DNA of 24,183 bases from positions 1 through 24,183 of the forward strand of contig JAZDEL010000007.1 in NCBI GenBank assembly GCA_043808785.1, in the 5' to 3' direction. Within the stretch, counting starts at the first letter, position 1; each line of letters begins with the position of its first letter. Shown one piece after another: positions 1-6,830 of this stretch. Origin of the DNA: Candidatus Iainarchaeum sp. GTDB taxonomy: Archaea; Iainarchaeota; Iainarchaeia; Iainarchaeales; JAZDEL01. Made by a program: the position numbers and the translations under genes. The notes below the pieces were generated by a model. It saw nothing but the letters and a program-made list of their open reading frames with translations. It made no database searches and had not been told where the DNA came from.

Positions 1-1
1 C

Positions 2-220
2 ATTGACGGAAACAGCAGGACGTCAAGGGCGATATTCCTGAAAGCGCTGACCCAAAACAACTTCCCGTTAATAAAAATGCCCGTGGGCTTTTCCGACCAG
101 TACATGGGGCTCACCAAACTGAGCAAAAAGAGGGATGACGAAAAATTCGCACTCCTGATGAAACAAATTGCCCTCGAAAACCTGAAACGCCTTGTAAAAA
201 AACTTGAAAATGAATTTTGA
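2..220 (+). CDS. 3' end of an unidentified protein-coding gene (partial, runs off the left edge)
   Basis: Frame 2 is open from the window edge to TGA at 218-220 (72 codons: IDGNSRTSRAIFLKALTQNNFPLIKMPVGFSDQYMGLTKLSKKRDDEKFALLMKQIALENLKRLVKKLENEF*). It is absent from the ORF track because it has no start codon. No family recognised. Confidence 0.4.
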   Translation: MDGNSRTSRAIFLKALTQNNFPLIKMPVGFSDQYMGLTKLSKKRDDEKFALLMKQIALENLKRLVKKLENEF

Positions 221-296
221 GGCAGCTTGTCTTTCATTCGCTGAAGAGGGCGAACCAGAGGATTAGGCATGGCTAACCGCGCCCCAGCAGCCTTTT

Positions 297-527
297 TTAT
301 TGCAGCATCTTTTTGATTTCCTCGACTGTCGCTATTTTCCCCGAGCTCTTTACGTTTCCGTCAATTGCCAGGGCGGGAGTGGACATTACCCCGAATTCAA
401 TTATCTTGTCTATATCCGTCACTTTTTCAATTTCCGCTTTTATCCCGGTGTCCTGCAGGGCCTTTCTCGTATTGACTTCGAGTTGTTTGCATTTTGCGCA
501 GCCCATGCCAAGTATTTTTATTTTCAT
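297..527 (-). CDS. small thioredoxin-fold redox-active disulfide protein (MTH895/TM0996-like)
   Basis: ORF 297..554. I prefer the ATG at 527 (MKIKILGMGCAKCKQLE...) because GGAGGGG lies about 5 nt upstream. About 76 aa, with an N-terminal CxxC (CAKC) and a MSTPALAIDG segment typical of this family. Last gene of the arsR-permease operon. Confidence 0.8.
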   Translation of the reverse strand: MKIKILGMGCAKCKQLEVNTRKALQDTGIKAEIEKVTDIDKIIEFGVMSTPALAIDGNVKSSGKIATVEEIKKMLQ

Positions 528-557
528 GATAGCCCCTCCGATTATTTTTTGCAAGAT

Positions 558-1628
558 TCACGCCGCGAAAGAGCCGTATATAAGCCCCGCAAGAGTGCAG
601 AAAAATATTATCAGCCCGACGTAAAGGAGCGTCCTCCTGCCCCCGATATATTTCCGCACAACCAGTATGCTCGGAAGCGAAATTACGGGGTCGGCGAGCA
701 TGTAGGCAAGCAGCGGCCCTTTTGCCATGCCAAGCGCAAGGAAAGTTTTCGCCATCGGAACCTCAACCAGCGTCGGGAAATACATGAAAACACCGAAAAG
801 GACTGCAATCAGGTTCGCCATGATAGTGTTCTGCCCGAGATGAGTTTCAAGGAACTTGGGCGGAAGCGCGGCGCCGATTGCCCCTGCCACGAATATGCCC
901 GCAATCAGGAGCGGGAATATGGTCCTGGCGAAAACCCACGTTTCCAAAAGCCAGGCAGAAACCTGCTCCCTCGAAAACCATGCGCGCTGCTCGAAATAAA
1001 CCACAATGATTAATGCCGCAAGCCCGCCGAGCCTCCACTCGATTGGCATTTTCCATGTCCCGACGAACAATACTCCAAGCAGTGTGAGGAGGAAAAATGC
1101 AAGTGTTCCGAGGGACTGCGTCTTTTCCGTAACTGCGGGGCCGCAGGCGCAGCCCGGCTTCGGCTTTTCCGCAACTTCCTTTTTTTCGTCATCCCTGAAA
1201 ACAAACGAAATTATAACCCCGATTGCGATTGCAAAAGCCACGGAAAGGATTATGCGGGCGCCTGCGAAATCCCAGCCAAGGACGCTGCCAGTGAAAGCGA
1301 TTGCGAGGAGGTTTGTCGCGGGGGCGGTGTAGAGGAACGTCAGCGCAGGCCCAATTCCCGCGCCCTTTTTCCTGATGCCGGCAAACAGGGGCAGTATTGT
1401 GCAGGAACAGACGGCAAGAAGGAGGCCTGCCACAACCGACAAAGGATATGCCTTGAATACGGACGATTTTGTCCCGAGATTGCGGGTTATGATTTCCTTG
1501 GGCATGAGGGCATTTATGGCGCCCGCTATGAAAAATGCGGGAACAAGGCATGTGAGGACGTGCGCGGAAAGGTAATCTATAAGGGCGGCAATGCCCCCCG
1601 CGATTATTGCTGCCGCAAAATCAAGCAT
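558..1628 (-). CDS. multi-pass membrane permease, COG0701 / ArsP-like family
   Basis: 356-aa highly hydrophobic ORF with a central charged loop containing PGCACGP. Its start overlaps the arsR stop by 8 nt (ATGCTTGA), indicating an operon. The arsR / permease / small thioredoxin-like arrangement is a known conserved module. Confidence 0.75.
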   Translation of the reverse strand: MLDFAAAIIAGGIAALIDYLSAHVLTCLVPAFFIAGAINALMPKEIITRNLGTKSSVFKAYPLSVVAGLLLAVCSCTILPLFAGIRKKGAGIGPALTFLYTAPATNLLAIAFTGSVLGWDFAGARIILSVAFAIAIGVIISFVFRDDEKKEVAEKPKPGCACGPAVTEKTQSLGTLAFFLLTLLGVLFVGTWKMPIEWRLGGLAALIIVVYFEQRAWFSREQVSAWLLETWVFARTIFPLLIAGIFVAGAIGAALPPKFLETHLGQNTIMANLIAVLFGVFMYFPTLVEVPMAKTFLALGMAKGPLLAYMLADPVISLPSILVVRKYIGGRRTLLYVGLIIFFCTLAGLIYGSFAA

Positions 1629-1944
1629 AACTGCGCCCCTTTTTGTTCCGCGTGCAGCAGGTTTTCTTTAGGATGCCGCCCTTTTCGCACCCCAAAGCCC
1701 TGAAGATATCGCATACCCCCCTGTCTGCAATCCTATAAAAAATTTTCTTCCCCTCCCGCCTGTGCTTGATTATGCCCGCCCTTTCAAGCTTCGCCAATTG
1801 AATGGAAACAGTTGACTGCGTTCTCTTTACTTTCGGGAATATTTCGCAGACGCATCTCTCCCCGCCCAGGAGCAGTTCCACTATTTTCAGCCTTGTTTCG
1901 TCCGCAAGGGCTTTAATCAATGGAAGCACTTTCTTATTTTGCAT
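1621..1944 (-). CDS. arsR: ArsR/SmtB-family metalloregulatory transcription repressor
   Basis: 107 aa. ALADETRLKIVELL...CVCEI...STVSIQLAKLERAGII is the classic ArsR winged-HTH with a CVC metal/metalloid site. Confidence 0.9.
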   Translation of the reverse strand: MQNKKVLPLIKALADETRLKIVELLLGGERCVCEIFPKVKRTQSTVSIQLAKLERAGIIKHRREGKKIFYRIADRGVCDIFRALGCEKGGILKKTCCTRNKKGRSYA

Positions 1945-1949
1945 GGAAC

Positions 1950-1969
1950 ATATTGATGTTCATCAATAT
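1950..1969. promoter_or_regulatory. candidate ArsR operator: 9-2-9 perfect inverted repeat overlapping the arsR promoter
   Basis: ATATTGATG-TT-CATCAATAT at 1950-1969, 6-25 nt upstream of the arsR ATG (1944). It abuts a TATA-like ATTTAAATA (minus strand, about 1967-1975). The TATA centre is about 27 nt from the ATG, which implies a leaderless or near-leaderless mRNA. Confidence 0.6.
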
Positions 1970-2283
1970 TTAAATGCTTTTCGGTTTTGTCCGGGCTCAT
2001 GTGTGGAACTTCCGCGGCAATTGCCTTTCTCACGGTTTTTGCCCTGCAAATGTTCCGCATGCCCCTATGCGTAAGGCAAACCTGTTCAGCCAACTCGCCG
2101 TTTCCTCAAATCAAAACATTTAAGCCAACCTTGCGCATAATATTGCCGCTGATTTCGGCTGCCCTGAAAAATGGCATTGTAACTAATTCATCATCTTTCG
2201 GAGCAGATGGGCGAACTGAGGCCGCTTAATTTCCGCGCTAACAAAACAAAAACCTTCTTAAACATTTCACCCGTGTTTTGGTT

Positions 2284-2736
2284 ATGGCACGCACAATTGC
2301 GTTTGCATTCCTTTGCGCCGCTGCGGCGCTGGTAATTCTTGCGGGCTGCGCACAGGAGCCTACAGGGGAGGCGGCAATGCAGCCCTCGGGCGTAGCCAAC
2401 GGAAACCCCGCGGGCACAGGTGCAGGCGGCGGAACCCCCGCAGGGCAGTTCCCCGCATTCGAGCAGGGCGGCGACATCGCGGTAAGCCTAAGGCTCACGA
2501 GCAATGAAATTGTTGTTCCGTCCCAAGTCAGTGCGAAGGATACCAACACCCTTGCGGGCGTGTGCGATAAAGTGTGCTCGTTCCTCGGCTATACAAAATA
2601 CCTGCTTCAGTTCGACGTGAACCGCAACTATTCATGCTTCTGCTACAGGGAAGTGTGTAATGATTCGGAAGAAGGCGGGCAAATAGTGCGCAACTGCAGC
2701 GACGAGGCAAGGATGCTTTACTTCAGGGCCGCCTGA
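2284..2736 (+). CDS. secreted Cys-rich putative lipoprotein, function unknown
   Basis: ORF 2278..2736 (TTG). The ATG at 2284 gives MARTIAFAFLCAAAALVILAGC, a signal peptide with an LAGC lipobox. A G/A/P-rich linker follows, then a C-terminal domain with 7 Cys. Confidence 0.6.
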   Translation: MARTIAFAFLCAAAALVILAGCAQEPTGEAAMQPSGVANGNPAGTGAGGGTPAGQFPAFEQGGDIAVSLRLTSNEIVVPSQVSAKDTNTLAGVCDKVCSFLGYTKYLLQFDVNRNYSCFCYREVCNDSEEGGQIVRNCSDEARMLYFRAA

Positions 2737-2851
2737 TAAAATGCCGTGAATTTGCTTGTTTGAGGCGTTTTTGGGGCATTTTGGGCTATTCCTTTTAAAA
2801 ACCTTTTTGAAACAATTTCTTTAACCATAATTAAACATTGGAGGTTTTGAT

Positions 2852-3028
2852 ATGGCTGATGCATTGGTTGTTGGTTCAAAGGTAAAAGAAGCAATAAAGA
2901 AAGAAGGCTGCAACACAGCGGGCGACGTCGTTGACGGGCTTAGCGTGAATGTCGCATACCTCATAAAGAGCGCGGCAAAGAGGGCAAAGTCCAACGGCAG
3001 GAAGACGGTCAGGGCAGTGGACTTCTGA
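2852..3028 (+). CDS. 58-aa DUF1931-like (histone-fold-related) small protein
   Basis: Not in the ORF track (<60 aa). ATG at 2852 is preceded by GGAGGT 6 nt upstream. MADALVVGSKVKEAIKKEGCNTAGDVVDGLSVNVAYLIKSAAKRAKSNGRKTVRAVDF*, stop 3026-3028. The pattern vv.skvke...d..d.L...v..li..A..rA..nGRKTv...Df matches my recollection of the DUF1931 family. A hairpin plus T-tract follows. Confidence 0.65.
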   Translation: MADALVVGSKVKEAIKKEGCNTAGDVVDGLSVNVAYLIKSAAKRAKSNGRKTVRAVDF

Positions 3029-3054
3029 GTTCACGCGAAAAATATTCTTTTTCT

Positions 3055-3080
3055 GCCCCCTCTCGGGGGCGGGATTTTTT
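3055..3080 (+). terminator. hairpin plus T-tract downstream of the DUF1931-like gene
   Basis: GCCCCC-TCTC-GGGGGC (3055-3070) followed by GGGATTTTTT. Confidence 0.5.
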
Positions 3081-3202
3081 CCCGCAGCCCGAAGGCTGGC
3101 TTTTGAAAAAACCCGCAAACCCGAAACTCCGCAGGCAGGGAACCCTGCAAACCGAAAATCACGCAAACCCGCGCGCGGTTTTTGTGGTTTGTTTTTTTCG
3201 CT

Positions 3203-3751
3203 TTAGGGCGTAACCCTTTTCACTTCGTAATAGTTTATGTCGTTCTCCGCGTCCACAACCGCCTGCAGCATCACGGTTTTCAGGTTCCCGCTAAGCCTCA
3301 CCATGCGCGAAAACTCGGGCATGCTCCACTTTCCCTGCTGTGTCGCCACATTTATGACCCACTGGCTGTGCTCCTGCCCCTGCATCTTCCCCCTTGGATA
3401 AACCCTGAAATCAAACCCGAACTTGAACCCCGTTTTTATGCAGTAGCCCCTCTCCCGCAGGTCCCTGTAAACTATGAATTTCGTGTAGAAATTTTTCTCC
3501 AGCGCCGAGCCGGCGCCGAGAATTTCCTCGAACCCGAGCGCGCGCGCTTTTTTCTTTTTTTCTTTTTTCCCTTTCGCCTGCGCGCCTTCCGAACCCGTGA
3601 TTTCTATTTTCCCCTTTTCAAGGAGGTACGCGGCCTCGTACAAATCGAGAACAAATTCCCTCCCGCACCTTTCCCCAAAGCCCTTCTGCTGGAGCTGGTC
3701 CGCGAGCTTCCTGTCGTCCACAAGAACCTTATTGTCTATGAGCAAAGCCAT
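3203..3751 (-). CDS. endA: tRNA-splicing (intron) endonuclease EndA, short single-unit form
   Basis: 182 aa. YRDLRERGYCIKTGFKFGFDFRVYPRG....EHS...V...LKTVMLQAVVD...YYEV is colinear with M. jannaschii EndA (catalytic Tyr/His/Lys context). It has an extra Lys-rich loop, GSEGAQAKGKKEKKKKARALG, between the N- and C-domains. Confidence 0.9.
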   Translation of the reverse strand: MALLIDNKVLVDDRKLADQLQQKGFGERCGREFVLDLYEAAYLLEKGKIEITGSEGAQAKGKKEKKKKARALGFEEILGAGSALEKNFYTKFIVYRDLRERGYCIKTGFKFGFDFRVYPRGKMQGQEHSQWVINVATQQGKWSMPEFSRMVRLSGNLKTVMLQAVVDAENDINYYEVKRVTP

Positions 3752-3857
3752 TTCAAGTCCGCCTCAAACCCTGCATGCAAAACCCGCATCAGCCAATTAA
3801 CCATTATTACCATAATTTTATATATTAAGGTTGCTATTATCACTATGTGATTACCCG

Positions 3858-4949
3858 ATGCCTGAAATAGACCCCTGGGGTTCCGTTCTTGTCGAGGATT
3901 ACGCCCGCCTGATAAATGAATTCGGCCTCGAGCCCTTTGATGCGAAAACGCTTTCCGCGTTCCCCTCGCCCAGTAAGCAGATGCGCCGCGGCGTCGCATT
4001 TGCGGGGCAGGGCCTGAAGGGGATAGCCGCCGCAATAAAGGCAAAAAAGCCATTTTACGTTCTCACGGGAATAATGCCCACGAGCGAAAGGCTGCACTTC
4101 GGCAACCGCCTTGTTATCGAGAACGTGAAATATTTCCAGGAGCGCGGGGCGCAGACATTCGTGCTTGTTGCCGACCTTGAGGCGGCGGCAACGCGCGGCA
4201 TCACTCTTGAAGAGGCGAAAAAGCGCGCCCTCGATTTCCATATTCCTGCGTACCTTGCAATGGGACTTGATGAGAAGAAAACCACATTTTATTTCCAGAG
4301 CGAGAACAGCGATGTCCGCAACCTTGCGTATTTGTTCAGCGCCCGCGTTACGCAGAACGAGTTCGAGGCAATTTACGGAAGCACGGCGCCGAACAAAATC
4401 TTCTCCGCGCTCACGCAGGTTGGCGACATCCTTTACCCGCAGATGAAAAAGCCAATGCCGGGAATAATTCCCGTTGGGCCGGACCAGAGTCCGCACATAA
4501 GGTTTTCGCGCGATTTGGCAAGGAGAACGCAAAGCCGATTCGGCTTCGTCCTCCCTGGCGCGCTGTACAACAAGTTCACGCCCTCCCTGAACGGCGAATT
4601 CAAAATGAGCAAGAGCGTGCCCGAGCATTGCATTTCAATCCCCGACAACCCGAAAGAGGCGGGCAAAAAAATGCTGCGCGCCTTCACAGGAGGCAGGAAC
4701 ACCGTGGAGGAGCAGAAGCGCCTCGGCGGAATTCCCGAGAAATGCGTTATTTTCGAGTTTTACAAGCAGCACCTTATAGAGGATGACAGGGAACTGCAGC
4801 GCATTTATGATAACTGCAAATCAGGCAAACTGCTCTGCGGCGAGGACAAGGAAAACGCATGCAAAATGATGGAAAAGTTCCTGCAGGATTTCCAGAGCAG
4901 GTTTGAAAAGGCGAAAGGCAAAGTGAATAAACTTAAATTCGCGAAGTGA
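3858..4949 (+). CDS. trpS: tryptophanyl-tRNA synthetase (archaeal/eukaryotic type)
   Basis: ORF 3831..4949. The ATG at 3858 gives MPEIDPWGSVLVEDYARLINEFG (the archaeal TrpRS N-terminus pattern DPWG..DY..LI..FG). Also present: a degenerate HIGH region (SERLHFGN), GPDQSPHIRFSRDLA, KMSKS (FKMSKS), and C-terminal CKSGKLLCGEDK. The TATA-like ATTTTATATATTAAGG at 3813-3828 suits this start. Confidence 0.9.
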   Translation: MPEIDPWGSVLVEDYARLINEFGLEPFDAKTLSAFPSPSKQMRRGVAFAGQGLKGIAAAIKAKKPFYVLTGIMPTSERLHFGNRLVIENVKYFQERGAQTFVLVADLEAAATRGITLEEAKKRALDFHIPAYLAMGLDEKKTTFYFQSENSDVRNLAYLFSARVTQNEFEAIYGSTAPNKIFSALTQVGDILYPQMKKPMPGIIPVGPDQSPHIRFSRDLARRTQSRFGFVLPGALYNKFTPSLNGEFKMSKSVPEHCISIPDNPKEAGKKMLRAFTGGRNTVEEQKRLGGIPEKCVIFEFYKQHLIEDDRELQRIYDNCKSGKLLCGEDKENACKMMEKFLQDFQSRFEKAKGKVNKLKFAK

Positions 4950-4958
4950 TGTGTGCCC

Positions 4959-5321
4959 TCACACAACCTCAACCACAATCTTCGCTTCCTGCAGTTTCTT
5001 GACAAGTTTCCTCAGCGCTATGCTGTCCTGCTTCATCAGCACGACCTTGTCCACGCGCTGCAGCTTCGCAAGGTTCTCGACCTTCTTCGCGGTCTCGCCC
5101 CATTCAAGGACTGTGTCAACCTCTTTCCCCCCGAGGTTGCCCTTTATCTCCTCCATGAGCGCGTTGCCGTGCGCAATCTCCGAGGTTGCAAAGCCGAACC
5201 TGTTCACCGCGGACGGGTCTATCACAAGCATGAGTATTATGCTCTGCGCGCCCTTTGTAGCGCGCTCCCAGAACTCGCGCCTGTTTTCAGCCTTGCACAG
5301 CATGGGTATGAGAACTTTCAT
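4959..5321 (-). CDS. small alpha/beta protein, weakly universal-stress-protein (USP)-like
   Basis: ORF 4959..5381. I prefer the ATG at 5321 (MKVLIPMLCKAENRREF...), which has a GGGGGG stretch about 8 nt upstream. 120 aa. The N-terminal MKVLIP and C-terminal VDKVVLMK...IVVEVV strands resemble the USP/adenine-nucleotide alpha-hydrolase fold, but the G-x2-G-x9-G(S/T) ATP motif is not visible. Confidence 0.4.
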   Translation of the reverse strand: MKVLIPMLCKAENRREFWERATKGAQSIILMLVIDPSAVNRFGFATSEIAHGNALMEEIKGNLGGKEVDTVLEWGETAKKVENLAKLQRVDKVVLMKQDSIALRKLVKKLQEAKIVVEVV

Positions 5322-5424
5322 TTCAGCGCCCCCCTTTGCCGCGCCAGATTGCACAAACCAACGCTTCGCACATGTGGGCATTCATTGCAAACCCCTTGGC
5401 ACCCCGTGCGCGGTTTCCCGCTTA

Positions 5425-6417
5425 TTAGCACAGCCTGTAAATGCCGCGCCGCTTCTCAAGCAGGCTTCCGTCCTCCTTCATGAACTCGCACGCTATCTTT
5501 ATGACTGTCTTTTCGGTATTTAATTCTTTTGCAAGCTCCTCAAGCGGCATTGTCTTGTTCTTTTCCAGCGCATTCTCTATTTTTTTCCTCACATTCCTGT
5601 ACAGCACGCCCTTTATGATGTAAAACGGGCCCTCGAAACTCCTGAGCCCCATAATTTCGCCCTTCCGTATGTCCTCTGACCTGTCCATGGATATCTGCTT
5701 TGCGAGGCTCTCGTTCTGCACCACAAGGAAGCCGTCCCTGTCCAGCGTTGGCTCGAGATGCGGCGCATTTTGTGCGGCGCGTTTTTCCTGTGCGCCGGCT
5801 TCCTGCTGTGCTTTCTGCTGCGGGTTCGGTGCGGCGTTTCCCTGCGCCCGCGTGCCCTGCTGCCCGGAATTCGGCGCAGTGTTGCTTTGCGAACCCGCGC
5901 CCGCGCCCTGTGCAGCGGAACCCTTCGCGCCCTTATTCTTTTCACTTAACTGGTAAACCGCATTTTTATATTTCGGGCTGAGCCTGAATTTCTCTATCTC
6001 GCCCGAGGCAAGCATCGCATTGAACCTTTTCAGTTCCTCCGCGTTCAGGGTTTTCTCAAACCTCCCAACAACGCGCTGGGGGAGCATTTTCTTGTTGGAT
6101 AGGAACTTCACGATTTTCTCCCTTACCGCATCGTGCTGTGCTGCATGCTGTGCAGATGGTTGCTGCGCCTGCTGCACACGCGCACCCTGCTGTTCAGAGG
6201 GCTGCTGCACCGGTTTCTGTTCGATTATTTTTTCCGCGCCCTGCTCACCCTGCGTTTCGCGCGCAATGGTTTTTTCCGCGCCCTCGGTAAGGACATAGAC
6301 GCCCTTCTTCACGCGCATAATTTCATATTCGCGCGCGCTGTCGAACTCAAGCGCGCCGAAATCCCCGCGCGGAATCTCGAGAATGGAATTCTGCCTGTTT
6401 ACCCTTATCTTCGCCAT
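5425..6417 (-). CDS. hypothetical protein: possible AbrB/SpoVT-like N-terminus, two Q/A-rich low-complexity linkers, C-terminal winged-helix-like domain
   Basis: 330-aa ORF with an ATG start. The N-terminus MAKIRVNRQNSILEIPRGDFGALEF...VYVLTE resembles a swapped-hairpin AbrB-type module. The linkers are QQPSEQQGARVQQAQQPSAQHAAQ and GAKGSAAQGAGAGSQSNTAPNSGQQGTRAQGNAAPNPQQKAQQEAGAQ. The C-terminus ...MPLEELAKELNTEKTVIKIACEFMKEDGSLLEKRRGIYRL looks like a wHTH. No family recognised. Confidence 0.5.
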   Translation of the reverse strand: MAKIRVNRQNSILEIPRGDFGALEFDSAREYEIMRVKKGVYVLTEGAEKTIARETQGEQGAEKIIEQKPVQQPSEQQGARVQQAQQPSAQHAAQHDAVREKIVKFLSNKKMLPQRVVGRFEKTLNAEELKRFNAMLASGEIEKFRLSPKYKNAVYQLSEKNKGAKGSAAQGAGAGSQSNTAPNSGQQGTRAQGNAAPNPQQKAQQEAGAQEKRAAQNAPHLEPTLDRDGFLVVQNESLAKQISMDRSEDIRKGEIMGLRSFEGPFYIIKGVLYRNVRKKIENALEKNKTMPLEELAKELNTEKTVIKIACEFMKEDGSLLEKRRGIYRLC

Positions 6418-6478
6418 GACTACCGCTAGAATATGTATTGAAAAAGGTGTTTAAAATGGTTTGATTGCATGCGCTGCG

Positions 6479-6730
6479 CTAGTGCACGCCCCTGAACTTG
6501 TGCTCGTCGTGCACAGGCAGCGGGGCCTTTGCAGCCTCGGCAAAGCCTTCGTCGTGCTCCTCAGCCTCGGCAGCGGCATCCTCCGCAATAACCTTCTTAA
6601 GTTCGATAAGCCTTGTGCGTATCGCGTCCCTTATGAAATCGCTCCTGCTGCTGTAAAGGCCGTGCTTCTTTACCAAAGCATCAACCTCCTTTATCAGGCG
6701 GTGCTCTATAACCAGATTGTACTGCTTCAT
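6479..6730 (-). CDS. ribbon-helix-helix (CopG/Arc/MetJ-type) DNA-binding protein with an acidic tail
   Basis: 83 aa. MKQYNLVIEHRLIKEVDALVKKHGLYSSRSDFIRDAIRTRLIEL is a typical RHH (beta strand, then helix-helix with SRSDFIRDAIR), followed by an acidic A/E-rich tail. Confidence 0.75.
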   Translation of the reverse strand: MKQYNLVIEHRLIKEVDALVKKHGLYSSRSDFIRDAIRTRLIELKKVIAEDAAAEAEEHDEGFAEAAKAPLPVHDEHKFRGVH

Positions 6731-6731
6731 G

Positions 6732-6811
6732 TATTAGATGTTATATGCTATGTTATATATAAACCTTCTGAAATGTGAAAAATATTAGATGTTATATAAT
6801 ATGTTATATAT
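6732..6811. repeat. two copies of a 29-nt AT-rich direct repeat in the RHH gene promoter
   Basis: TATTAGATGTTATATGCTATGTTATATAT (6732-6760) and TATTAGATGTTATATAATATGTTATATAT (6783-6811), 27/29 identical and 51 nt apart. Each copy holds two ATGTTATAT sub-repeats (ATATAACAT on the gene strand). The proximal copy starts 2 nt from the RHH ATG (6730). Confidence 0.85.
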
Positions 6812-6830
6812 CTCTTCGCAAAAATCGCAC

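Noticed and set aside
300-1013. 237-aa and 103-aa ORFs on the + strand across the thioredoxin-like and permease genes
   Set aside because: They are antisense shadows of the permease and thioredoxin-fold genes, with no motifs.
1987-2229. 80-aa ORF in the arsR-lipoprotein intergenic region
   Set aside because: It has no SD or TATA in a suitable position and an odd composition. Minus-strand alternatives are shorter than 50 aa and overlap the arsR promoter. I treat the 333-nt region as non-coding.
3182-4628. ORFs 3182..3850 (+, 222 aa) and 3843..4628 (-, 261 aa)
   Set aside because: They are antisense to endA and trpS respectively, both of which carry clear family signatures.
4951-5523. 190-aa and 176-aa + strand ORFs
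   Set aside because: They are antisense to the USP-like gene and to the 3' end of the 330-aa gene. The S/F/C-rich sequences are not protein-like.
5613-6429. Several 60-110-aa ORFs in both strands within the Q/A-rich gene
   Set aside because: They arise from the low-complexity GC-rich repeats (CAG/GCN) of the 5425..6417 gene. The R/C-rich translations are implausible.
6732-6811. CRISPR-like array, considered for this and the other repeat sets (16182-16253, 21864-21927, 20583-20665)
   Set aside because: Only two copies are present in each case. The repeats are AT-rich or imperfect, the spacers are not unique-sequence blocks of regular size, and no cas genes are present.
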